From NCBI GenBank assembly GCA_937874455.1, contig CALNBE010000236.1, forward strand, positions 1 to 39,196: 39,196 nt of DNA. Direction: 5' to 3'. Under the pieces are notes generated by a model. The model was not told the DNA's origin, did no database searches, and saw nothing but the letters and a program-made list of their open reading frames with translations. Position 1 is the stretch's first letter, and every line of letters starts with the position of its first letter. The position numbers were made by a program, and so were the translations under genes. Positions 22,913 to 31,084 of this stretch are shown here, in pieces. The DNA is from an uncultured Opitutia bacterium (GTDB lineage: Bacteria; Verrucomicrobiota; Verrucomicrobiia; Opitutales; UBA953).

Positions 22913-23218
22913 TCAGAGGATGTGGGCGGCGATGAAGGCCAGGCCGGTAAAGACTCCGCCCCCGGCCAGCATGGCGAGGGTGGTGCGGATGTAGCGGCGG
23001 GCTCCGCGCCGTTGCGCTGCGCGGTTCATGGCCTCGATCAGCCGGGCTTCACGGGCAGGCCGCTCGTCGAGCTTGTCGGCCAGCCGGATCCGGTGGGCCC
23101 GGTTGGTCATGGCTTTGGCGCCGGCATTGGGGGATTCCAGATGCAGGATCCGCAGCTGCTGCCGCGGCTGGATCAGCGGGCGCTGGAATCGGTTGGTGGT
23201 CAGGGCGAGGCGGTTCAT
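22913..23218 (-). CDS. C-terminally membrane-anchored small protein
   Basis: Internal ATG (MNRLALTTNRF...) preceded by a GAACCC-type leader. The C-terminus LAMLAGGGVFTGLAFIAAHIL is hydrophobic. Confidence 0.4.
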   Translation of the reverse strand: MNRLALTTNRFQRPLIQPRQQLRILHLESPNAGAKAMTNRAHRIRLADKLDERPAREARLIEAMNRAAQRRGARRYIRTTLAMLAGGGVFTGLAFIAAHIL

Positions 23219-23352
23219 GTCGGGATCGGGTTCGGATGGGCCCTCCCCGCCGGCTGCCTGGTCCTCTGCCAGCGCCGTCGGGAAGGGTTGGTTACCGGGG
23301 CTTGCGGTCCGGTTGCTGCCACCATGGGGCCGGTTCCGTGGCTGGCAACTAC

Positions 23353-23364
23353 TTTTTTTAAATC
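23353..23364 (-). repeat. fourth copy of the GATTTAAAAAAA box (partial cassette upstream of 22913..23218)
   Basis: The plus strand reads tttttttaaatc, identical to the 12-mer at about 8709, 11470 and 13496. A degenerate variant lies at about 5722-5745. Confidence 0.55.
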
Positions 23365-23423
23365 CGTTCCGTTTGGGTGGTAACGAAGCGTTTTTCGTGA
23401 CCTCCATCGGGGGAATTGGGTCC

Positions 23424-23439
23424 GGCGCCAATTGGCGCC
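23424..23439. repeat. palindrome copy 4 (immediately after the terL stop)
   Basis: Read directly from the sequence. Its extended 23-bp form is identical to that of copy 3. Confidence 0.9.
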
Positions 23440-23443
23440 GAGG

Positions 23444-24904
23444 TCACAGGCCTTTGACCTTGGCCTTCCTGAACCCGCCATAAGTCTTCCACTGCAGGCC
23501 GTAGCGCAGGGCGTCGTAGAGGTGGTCCTCGGCGTCGGTGTCCACGTCTTCCGGGTTGTTCGGGTCCCGGGGCAAGGCGGGGATTGTTTCGATGGCGTTG
23601 AGGCAGTTCCGGAAGAACCGCAGGCGGGGCCGGGGCTTCCCGGTCCGGGGATTGATATCCTTCTCGTTCGGGCCAAGCATGCGCTGGACGTGGAGGCATC
23701 CCGCTACCCGGCTGCCTGGCCACTTCTCGGCCGGCTTCCATGCGCAGCCCAGCTTGTTGAGGGCAGAACCGCGGGTGATGTCGGATTGCTGGCCGGTGTC
23801 GCCGAAGGCGGACGGGTCGATGATGCCAGCCAGCTTGTCCTTGTTGTCCTCGACGGTTCCGTCCGGGAACATCCGCTTTATGCGGCGGTCCCGGGCCAGT
23901 GTCCTCTCGGCAAAAACTTCCGGCCGCATGCCCGTCTTGTAGAGCTCGTCGACGACGTAAATCGTTCCAGTGTGCGGGTCCTCGGCAAACCAAAGGACCG
24001 CGGCGTGGGCCGGGGAAAAGCCATCGTCTCCACCCCGCCACATCTTCCATTCGACCGGGATCTCGAACGGGTCGCAGGTGTGTTCCTCGTGCCTCCACAC
24101 GTCGCCGAACATGGAGCCGGCCACGATGTTCCAGTCTCCCTCGAGCATGGCACGGACAAGGATCGGGTCGCCCAGGCCGAGGAGGCGCGCCCGGTATTTC
24201 GGATCCGACTTCATGAGCGCTTTGTTGTCCTTGAGCAGGGCCGGCACGAACTGGCGCTTGAATCCGCCCTCGTCCCCCTCCGGGTCCTGCTGGACGATCT
24301 CGTAAGGCTTCTGTGGCGTAATGAAGGTCCGTTTGACCCAGAGGTGTCCGACCCCGCCCGGGTTGGCGCTCAGCACGATCCGGGGGAACATTTCCTTGAG
24401 ATGGTCCGGCACGTTGAGGCCGGTCATGCGGACGCGGCCGCGGAGGAACCGGTAGATGGTCTCCGTGAAGTGGGTTGCCTCGTCGATGCCCAGGACGTGG
24501 AACTCCTGTCCCTGGTAGTTGAGCCTGTGCCTCTCCAGGTGGCAGTGCAGCAGCTTGATCACGGATCCGGTGGGGACGAAGAGGATTTCGTTCTTCGTGA
24601 TTTTGACCTCCCCGGTCGCGATCTTCGGGGCCAGCATTTCCGGGAAGCTGTTGGGCCCGTCCATGTGGTTGGCCATCAGGTCGCCGTAGGTGCGCCGGAA
24701 AAGGGCCAGCTGGAGGCCGGGGATCATGTCGGCCCAGGCGATGAAGCTGGCGCGCATGAAGTGGCTCTTCCCTCCCCCGGCGGCCCCGCCATAAAGCTGC
24801 TCGGTGGCCCGGCTGAAGAAGGCGCGCTGCTGGGCGGGCTGGAACGTGAGCCGGAGAGGCTTCGCTTCCTTCCCCGTCTCGCTGCGGCTGCGGTATCGGC
24901 TCAT
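23444..24904 (-). CDS. terL: terminase large subunit
   Basis: 486 aa. Walker A is YGGAAGGGKSH and Walker B is FHVLGIDEATHF, followed by a C-terminal nuclease-like half. Confidence 0.9.
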   Translation of the reverse strand: MSRYRSRSETGKEAKPLRLTFQPAQQRAFFSRATEQLYGGAAGGGKSHFMRASFIAWADMIPGLQLALFRRTYGDLMANHMDGPNSFPEMLAPKIATGEVKITKNEILFVPTGSVIKLLHCHLERHRLNYQGQEFHVLGIDEATHFTETIYRFLRGRVRMTGLNVPDHLKEMFPRIVLSANPGGVGHLWVKRTFITPQKPYEIVQQDPEGDEGGFKRQFVPALLKDNKALMKSDPKYRARLLGLGDPILVRAMLEGDWNIVAGSMFGDVWRHEEHTCDPFEIPVEWKMWRGGDDGFSPAHAAVLWFAEDPHTGTIYVVDELYKTGMRPEVFAERTLARDRRIKRMFPDGTVEDNKDKLAGIIDPSAFGDTGQQSDITRGSALNKLGCAWKPAEKWPGSRVAGCLHVQRMLGPNEKDINPRTGKPRPRLRFFRNCLNAIETIPALPRDPNNPEDVDTDAEDHLYDALRYGLQWKTYGGFRKAKVKGL

Positions 24905-25647
24905 TGGTCTGGCTTGCGGATCATGGCTTTGATCCAGCGGCGGTGGAAGCGGAACAGGCCGGCGTCGTTGTTGATCTGGAACTGCTCCAGACTGACGCAG
25001 GACCGGAGGTTTGCGCTGCTCTCCACGACATAGCGGTGATTTCTGCCGCAGTCGGCCAGGATGATCTTGGCGTGGTTGCGGGTCATTTCCAGCCGGCCTC
25101 CGCGGGGCAGGGCTTCAATGGCGGCCTTGGCCTGGGCGAAGATCGGGGCGTCGGCTTTGGCGAAGAATTCCGAGCACAGCACGTCGACGCGTCCGGTGAT
25201 GAATCCTGTCTCGGCCATGTGGACCAGCTGCTGTGTGTTCCTTTTGCTGAATCCCAGGGTGGCAATGGTCAGGCTCCGGATCCGTCTGCCGGCCAATCGC
25301 TGGATGATGGGGATCACGTCGAAGCCGTGGTATGTCCCTCCCATGATGCAATGCAGGGCCCAGCCTGGCCGGGGCAGGGTCTTTATCTGGCCCATGCCCA
25401 GGCCGATGCCCGTCTCGTTGAGTTGGATACCCTCGGACTTCCGGAGGTGGGTGGTGGGCTGGTCGGCCAGGGCGGCGCCCGGCAGGCTGCGTTTCTCCTT
25501 GGCCTCTGCCTTGGCTTTCTCTGCCCGTTTGGCCTGTCCCCTTGCCCCTCCGGCCTGCGGAGCCGTGGGCATGGCAATCCGGCCCGTTTTGAGGCTTTCC
25601 TTGAGCGCTTCCTGCTCGGCTTTCAGCTGGGCCAGAATGTCGGACAT
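24901..25647 (-). CDS. phospholipase D-family (single HKD) nuclease-like protein
   Basis: 248 aa. NHAKIILAD is an HxKxxxxD motif, followed by VVESSANL. ATGA overlap with terL. Confidence 0.55.
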   Translation of the reverse strand: MSDILAQLKAEQEALKESLKTGRIAMPTAPQAGGARGQAKRAEKAKAEAKEKRSLPGAALADQPTTHLRKSEGIQLNETGIGLGMGQIKTLPRPGWALHCIMGGTYHGFDVIPIIQRLAGRRIRSLTIATLGFSKRNTQQLVHMAETGFITGRVDVLCSEFFAKADAPIFAQAKAAIEALPRGGRLEMTRNHAKIILADCGRNHRYVVESSANLRSCVSLEQFQINNDAGLFRFHRRWIKAMIRKPDQ

Positions 25648-25656
25648 GGATTCAGA

Positions 25657-26133
25657 TCATTCTGACTTCTTCGGGGCGGTGTATGGGTCGTCCTCGACCG
25701 GTGTCTCGACCACGATGGTCACGCCGATGTTTCCGCCTGTGGCCGGTGCTGGCAGCGGGGCGCCGTTGGCTCCGGTGTGCTCGTGGCGGTGGCGGAGGTT
25801 GAAGCTGGAGTCCATGCGTTCGAGGAGCCAGGCCTTGGCACGCCAGTCCGGGTCGTTTCCGATCCCGGAAATCATCTGGGTGATCTTGAGGGATTTGACT
25901 TCCTCGATGCGGCGGAAGAGTTCGGTGTATGGAGCCCGGCCTTCCGAGGCTTTGTGCTTCCAGTCGATCCATGTCTGGTGGGCGATGCCGATGGCTCCGC
26001 AGATGGCTTTGTCCGTGGTCAGGCCGCTGGCCAGGGTGACGGCGGTGTCCATGAGTTCCCTCGTGCATTTCCCGGCCTTGGAGGGTGGGGAAATCCTCCG
26101 GGGCTTTTTGCGTGGTGTCTTCTTGGCGGCCAT
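25657..26133 (-). CDS. terS: terminase small subunit
   Basis: Internal ATG (MAAKKTPRKKPRR...), an HTH-like segment, and DPDWRAKAWLLERM, which is typical of small terminases. Position is upstream of terL. Confidence 0.6.
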   Translation of the reverse strand: MAAKKTPRKKPRRISPPSKAGKCTRELMDTAVTLASGLTTDKAICGAIGIAHQTWIDWKHKASEGRAPYTELFRRIEEVKSLKITQMISGIGNDPDWRAKAWLLERMDSSFNLRHRHEHTGANGAPLPAPATGGNIGVTIVVETPVEDDPYTAPKKSE

Positions 26134-26137
26134 GGGG

Positions 26138-27469
26138 TCAGAGGAGTTTTGCGGGCGGGACGGTCTTTCCGTTCTGGGTGATGGTGGCTCCGTCGTAAAG
26201 CCTGTGGAACCGGCCAAGGATGGCCTGGGCGAAGGCCGGGTCTTTCTCCATGGTGAAGGAGGGTCGCTCGGCTTCGCTGGCCGCGATCATGGTGGATCCG
26301 GATCCTCCGCAAAAGTCGAGGACGGCTTCCTTGAGGGTCAGGTGGTTTTTGATGGCCCGGGCGGCCAGGGCGGTGGGTTTCTGCGTGGGGTGGATGTAGC
26401 TGGCGGCGGAGTCGCGTTTCACTTCCCATGCGGTGGCGTTGTGGAAGGCCTGCTCGATCCAGACGAGCAGGTCGGTCTTGCTCATCTGGGCGAGGTTGGG
26501 CTGGGCTTCTTTCCAGACCGTGGTTTCGATGCGGTCTCCTCGCCATGTGCCGCGGCCGGCGGATTGGCTGGCGTAGAGGCAGGGCTCGTGTGCCCAGTGG
26601 TAATCGGACCGGCCAAGGGCCATTTGCTTGGTCCAGATGATTTGCTGGCGGACGGTCCAGCCGGCCATGTTCAGGGCGTCTTCAAACTCGCGGTGCGTCC
26701 TCGATGCGTAGAAGCAGTAGAGCGGGGCGGTGGGGGCGGCGACGTCCATGGCGGCGCTGAACATGGCGGCCAGCATTTTCCGCAGTGGGGCTCCGGCTTC
26801 AAGGTCTCCCTGCAGGTCCTTCCGGGCAAGGTTCTTTCCGGTGCCCTGGTATGCCACGCCGTAGGGCGGGTCGGTGAAGATCAGGTGGGGGGCGGTGCCG
26901 TCGGTCAGCTTCCGCATATCGGCCTTCTCGGTGCTGTCCCCGCACATCAGGCGGTGCAGTGGTGCTGAACCTCCAATGTGCAGGGTGAAGATGTCGCCGG
27001 GCTTGACCCATGGTTTGATGGGTGGTGGTGGGGCTGGATCGTCGGGCCGGCCCTTCAGCGCTGCGCGTCCCTGTTTGAGGATCTCGACGAGGCTGGGGGC
27101 GTCGAAGCCGAGTATCTCCAGGTCGGACGTGTCCTTCAGCTGGGAGAGCAGGGCGGCCAGCTTGCCCTGGTGCCAGTTGTCCTCGCCGATCTTGTTCAGG
27201 GCGAGGTTGAGCTCGCGTTCGGCGTTGTCGTCCAAGGTGACGAAGGTCACGTCGACTTCCCTGATGCCGAGGGCCTTCATCACGGTGATGCGCTGGTTCC
27301 CGCCGACGATGTGGTTGTTCCTCCGGTTGATCACCGGGGGCTGGACGGCTCCGAACTTTTCGATGGAGTTCCGGATCTGCTCGAAGAGCGGCGAGCCGCG
27401 CTTGACTGCCTTCCGCGGGTTGTAGGGCGGATGGATCAGGGTGGCGATTTTGACGGTGTCAGTCTTCAT
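26138..27469 (-). CDS. ParB-like nuclease domain fused to N6-adenine/N4-cytosine DNA methyltransferase
   Basis: 443 aa. The N-terminus has a ParB N-terminal pattern (IVGGNQRITVMKALG). The methyltransferase part has IFTDPPYG and LDFCGGSGSTMIAA (SAM binding). Confidence 0.9.
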   Translation of the reverse strand: MKTDTVKIATLIHPPYNPRKAVKRGSPLFEQIRNSIEKFGAVQPPVINRRNNHIVGGNQRITVMKALGIREVDVTFVTLDDNAERELNLALNKIGEDNWHQGKLAALLSQLKDTSDLEILGFDAPSLVEILKQGRAALKGRPDDPAPPPPIKPWVKPGDIFTLHIGGSAPLHRLMCGDSTEKADMRKLTDGTAPHLIFTDPPYGVAYQGTGKNLARKDLQGDLEAGAPLRKMLAAMFSAAMDVAAPTAPLYCFYASRTHREFEDALNMAGWTVRQQIIWTKQMALGRSDYHWAHEPCLYASQSAGRGTWRGDRIETTVWKEAQPNLAQMSKTDLLVWIEQAFHNATAWEVKRDSAASYIHPTQKPTALAARAIKNHLTLKEAVLDFCGGSGSTMIAASEAERPSFTMEKDPAFAQAILGRFHRLYDGATITQNGKTVPPAKLL

Positions 27470-27642
27470 GGGTTGGCGGGTTCGGGTTCGGTGGTGGGTG
27501 CTTTGCTCCAGCCTCCGGCGCAGTTGGGCCTGCCTCTTCCGTCCCCGTGCAGGGCAAAGTATCCGTTCTTTTTGACTTTCCGCCGGTTCTTGCAGAACGG
27601 GCAGATGGCGGAGGGGAAGTGGCGGGGTTTTTCAGTCTTCAT
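27466..27642 (-). CDS. 58-aa zinc-ribbon-like peptide
   Basis: My own translation gives MKTEKPRHFPSAICPFCKNRRKVKKNGYFALHGDGRGRPNCAGGWSKAPTTEPEPANP. Its stop overlaps the methyltransferase ATG. It is below the ORF-track length cut-off. Confidence 0.4.
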   Translation of the reverse strand: MKTEKPRHFPSAICPFCKNRRKVKKNGYFALHGDGRGRPNCAGGWSKAPTTEPEPANP

Positions 27643-29296
27643 GTTTCTTTTGGTTGAGCCAATGGCTGGCGAGTTCGGCCACGCGGTTTACCGGGCCCGG
27701 GGTGCCGAGGCCGCTGTCGTGCTTTTGCTTGAGGAGGTGGGGATCAGTCAGCCCGGTGCTGCTCTCCCATTTGGCCCCGAGGACGGTGGCCATGATCGGG
27801 TCTGCACCAGCGTCGGAAACGAGGGTGAAGACGGTTACCTGTGATGCCTGGCCGTCCCGGTTGAGCCGGCCAATCAGCTGCTCAATGACCTGCGGGCTCC
27901 AGTCGAGCTCGCCGATGACCACGGTGCGGGCCGCGGTCTGGAGTCCGTCCAGGCCGGCTCCGCTGCGGAGGCTCATGATGAGGACCTGCGTGTCTCCCTG
28001 GGTGAAGCCCTTCACTGCGGCCGCTTTTTGGGCCGGGGATTCGGTGCCGGTGAAGAATGCGGCCTTGATGCCCATGCGCTGGAACTCGCGGCGCCAGACC
28101 TCGTAAACGTCCCGGTGCCATCCGGCCAGCAGGACCTTCTCTCCATTGAGGGCGAGCGTCTCCACGAAGTCGGCGACGAACGGTGCTTTCGCCAGGCCGG
28201 TGACGTGCCGCATTTTGATGTCGAGTTCCCGGCTGGCCAGGCCGGCCTGGTGGAAGCCGGCGGTCAGCACTTTCTGGGCGAGTTCGTTGAACTGCGCGGC
28301 CATGCGGGCGATCACCTTCGGGTTGTGCTCGACCATGTGGTTCATCCGGTGGACCTTCGGGAGCTCCCGGCCCACGTCGGCCCGGCGGCGGCGGATGTAA
28401 ATGTTCTGGTTCCGCAGCCAGTCGCCGAGGGCTTCGGGGTCGGCCACGCGGAACTTGTCGTCTGCGGTCCATTCCCATTTGAACTCCTCAAGGCTCCCGC
28501 ACGTCCCCGGGCTGAGGATCTCCATCACGTTGTAGATCTCCCCGGCGTAATTGTAGACCGGGGTCGCGCTCAGTCCGATCCTCGTGCTGCACTCGGTGGC
28601 GAGGTGCTTGGCGCCCTGGTATTTGACCGTCGTGCTGTGGCGGAGCTCCTGAACCTCATCGTAGACCACGGTCTCCCAGTCCCGGCGGAATGCCCACTCC
28701 GCTATCTTCGTGTAGGAGCAGATCGTGACGTCGTGCTCGGGAAGGATGTATTCCTTCTTCCACTTGATGATGTGGGTTTTGAGGCCGGGGCAGAAGAGCT
28801 GGATCTGGTCGCGCCATTGCTCCTGAAGGTGGCGTTGGCAAACGACGAGGGCCTTGCCCGGGTTGTCGGCGATGATGGCGATTCCCTCCGCGGTCTTGCC
28901 CAGGCCGAGGTCGTCGCCGATCAGCAGGCCGCGCATGATCCGGCTCAGGGCGACCGGCTGCAGCTGGTAATCCCGCAGCGGCATCGCCGGGTTCCAACGG
29001 GCCGGCTCGGTGGGTTTGGCCTCTCCGGACATGATCAGGCGGGCCTGCTCCCGGTCCGCGATGTTGCTCTCCACCCGGGCTTCGATCAGGTCCCGCAGCG
29101 CCGGGGAAACATCGTGATGCCACCGGCCAAGGATCATCTTCATGTCCTCGGTGGTGCTGGGGGTGCGCTTGATCCGGATAGTGTTGCCCTTCACGTCGCA
29201 GCCAATGAGGAGCCGCTTCACGACCATGCGGACGTGGGGCTCCGTATCGAGCCGGAATTGCTTCCCCTCGATGGTCAGTGTGCCGTGGGAGATCAC
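27632..29296 (-). CDS. SNF2-family helicase/ATPase
   Basis: Motifs: LRDYQ, DDLGLGKT, VVYDEVQ, GLSATP, QLIGRLNRDGQ. The proposed start is a GTG in a GTGA overlap with the upstream stop. The first ATG is at 29227. The track ORF's longer N-terminus is Pro/Arg noise. Confidence 0.85.
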   Translation of the reverse strand: MISHGTLTIEGKQFRLDTEPHVRMVVKRLLIGCDVKGNTIRIKRTPSTTEDMKMILGRWHHDVSPALRDLIEARVESNIADREQARLIMSGEAKPTEPARWNPAMPLRDYQLQPVALSRIMRGLLIGDDLGLGKTAEGIAIIADNPGKALVVCQRHLQEQWRDQIQLFCPGLKTHIIKWKKEYILPEHDVTICSYTKIAEWAFRRDWETVVYDEVQELRHSTTVKYQGAKHLATECSTRIGLSATPVYNYAGEIYNVMEILSPGTCGSLEEFKWEWTADDKFRVADPEALGDWLRNQNIYIRRRRADVGRELPKVHRMNHMVEHNPKVIARMAAQFNELAQKVLTAGFHQAGLASRELDIKMRHVTGLAKAPFVADFVETLALNGEKVLLAGWHRDVYEVWRREFQRMGIKAAFFTGTESPAQKAAAVKGFTQGDTQVLIMSLRSGAGLDGLQTAARTVVIGELDWSPQVIEQLIGRLNRDGQASQVTVFTLVSDAGADPIMATVLGAKWESSTGLTDPHLLKQKHDSGLGTPGPVNRVAELASHWLNQKKHED

Positions 29297-29613
29297 CGGC
29301 CCGGGATGATGATGAGGCTTGGTTCCTCGGCCTCCACGGCCACTCCTTCCGGAAGGCTCATATCCTCGACGATGTTGAGCGCTACCGGCGGATGGGTCCG
29401 GCCAAGAATTTCCAGCTGGACGCTGCCTCCGGCGTTGAGGAGTTCGATCTCCTCTGGCGTGGGCTTCCAGTGGGTAACGATGCGGTCCGGCAGCCGGGTG
29501 GCCGGCAGATCCTCGCAGCCTTCCGCTGTGAGGATCAGGTTCGTGTGGGTGGTCGGTTTCGGTGTCATGGCTCCATTGGTTCGCCTGGCCGGGCCCGGCT
29601 GGCAAATGGTCAT
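29293..29613 (-). CDS. hypothetical protein
   Basis: Internal ATG (MTICQPGPARR...) in an ATGA overlap with the upstream stop. An alternative ATG 15 codons downstream (MTPKPTT...) is also possible. Confidence 0.45.
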   Translation of the reverse strand: MTICQPGPARRTNGAMTPKPTTHTNLILTAEGCEDLPATRLPDRIVTHWKPTPEEIELLNAGGSVQLEILGRTHPPVALNIVEDMSLPEGVAVEAEEPSLIIIPGR

Positions 29614-30554
29614 GTGGGGTTCCGCCAAAGCTCGACCACGTCGAGCCGGCATGCCCCGCCTTTCGAGTTGTGGATGGTGCCGCTCTCTATTCCGGTGGGC
29701 TTCGCGCTGAGAAGGATCAGGTGGCTGAAGTGGTCGGCGTATCGGTAGATCTGGCGCCGGGTGTCTCCGGCGGTTCCTCCCTTGGTTTTGCACTCCAGTC
29801 CGATCTGTCGCCCGTCGATCAGGGTGATGGCAAAGTCGATCCGGTCCCGGCCAGCCAGCCGTTCCTCGGCTTTGAATGCGATCCCCATTTCCGTGAGGAG
29901 GTGGGTGACGGCTTCGTGGAGCCGCTTTTCCATGTGGAAGCTGCTAGGCAGGGCGCGGAGTTCTTTGAGGAGTTCCTCCAGCTGTAGGGAAGATTCGGAA
30001 TTTGCCTCTGCGGTCACGGCGCGCTCCAACCGGTCGTGCCGGTCCCACTCGGCCATCAGAAGGGCCATCGCTTTTTCGAGGTTCCGCTTGGGGGTGCTCG
30101 GCTTGAACCACTTTGGATGCCATGGCCAATCGGTGCGCAGGGATCCGGCGTAGCACATGGCTGCGTCGATCAGCTCTCCGTTGCACCACTGGTCGTCGTG
30201 CTCCGGAGTCCATCCCTCGGCGGTGATCTGGCGGTGCCGCTCGGCGGCGCCGGCCTTGGCTCCGTTCATGCCCTCTTGGACATAGGACTGCGCCAGCCTG
30301 GTTGGGTCGGGGCTGAATGCCTCGGCGAAGGCGTGGGAGTCGCAGAGGGCGAAGGCGTTCCGTTCAAGGCTCCTCGTCGCCCAGTATCCTGGAAACGCGG
30401 TGATCCCGTGAAGCTTCAGGCAAAGCCCGGGTGGTCGGGAAGCGGCGGCTTGGCCTCCGCACCAGGCGGCGACCTCGCGGAGGTTTTCTTTGGTGATGCG
30501 GACGGCTTCGATTTCGTGGTCGGTTCCGCGGAGGTAGTATCGGGTCGTGTTCAT
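29610..30554 (-). CDS. three-part fusion: small N-terminal domain, DUF550-like dATP/dGTP pyrophosphohydrolase-like domain, C-terminal PD-(D/E)xK nuclease-like domain
   Basis: Internal ATG (MNTTRYYLRG...) with an ATGA overlap. GWTPEHDDQWCNGELIDAAMCYA...WPWHPKWFKP...LLMAEWDRHDRLER is DUF550-like. RIDFAI...IGLECKTKG...RRQIYRY is D..ExK plus QxxxY-like. Confidence 0.6.
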   Translation of the reverse strand: MNTTRYYLRGTDHEIEAVRITKENLREVAAWCGGQAAASRPPGLCLKLHGITAFPGYWATRSLERNAFALCDSHAFAEAFSPDPTRLAQSYVQEGMNGAKAGAAERHRQITAEGWTPEHDDQWCNGELIDAAMCYAGSLRTDWPWHPKWFKPSTPKRNLEKAMALLMAEWDRHDRLERAVTAEANSESSLQLEELLKELRALPSSFHMEKRLHEAVTHLLTEMGIAFKAEERLAGRDRIDFAITLIDGRQIGLECKTKGGTAGDTRRQIYRYADHFSHLILLSAKPTGIESGTIHNSKGGACRLDVVELWRNPT

Positions 30555-31081
30555 GTCGGATTTGGGTTCGGTTTCAGTGCCTGGCTCCAGGCTTCGAGTT
30601 TCTTCCGGTGGTGGCCGAAATTGCGGTTTATGGTCCGGCGGCAAACGATGCGTTCCCGCTCCTTTACGAAGTCCTGCCAGTCCGGGTGGCAAAGCGGGAA
30701 AATCGGCAGGGTCAGGCTCCGCTTGGAATTGCATCGGGAGCAGGCCGGGAGGTAGTTCCGCATCGTGTTCCCTCCGCCCATGGACTTCGGGAAAATGTGC
30801 TCCCGGGTCCAGTCCCGCCAATGGGCCGGCTTGGCGCAGTAAACGCACTGGTAGCCGGTCTGGCTCCAGAGTTGGGTGATCTGGGCGCCCGGGCTGGGCG
30901 GGGTGGTTTTTGGCGCAAACTTGGTGGGGTCGGTCATCTGCGGTCCGGGGGTTCCTTTGGCTGGCCATGCTGCAGGGTTGGCCATGATTCCGGCCACGCG
31001 CCGGCTGTGCGCTTCTTGCCGCTTGAGGACCAGCATCAGCTGCTCGGGGCTCCAAAAGGCTGGAGGGGCGTGCGGATCCAT
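30551..31081 (-). CDS. HNH endonuclease
   Basis: 176 aa. The HNH core is CVYC...TREHIFPKSMGGGNTMRNYLPACSRCNSKR. Confidence 0.8.
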   Translation of the reverse strand: MDPHAPPAFWSPEQLMLVLKRQEAHSRRVAGIMANPAAWPAKGTPGPQMTDPTKFAPKTTPPSPGAQITQLWSQTGYQCVYCAKPAHWRDWTREHIFPKSMGGGNTMRNYLPACSRCNSKRSLTLPIFPLCHPDWQDFVKERERIVCRRTINRNFGHHRKKLEAWSQALKPNPNPT

Positions 31082-31084
31082 TGG

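Noticed and set aside
9062-30554. A 2-aminoadenine (Z-base) genome pathway, suggested by the MazG-like and DUF550-like genes.
   Set aside because: No PurZ (adenylosuccinate-synthetase-like) or HD-type dATPase gene is visible in the window. These pyrophosphohydrolases are common in ordinary phages.
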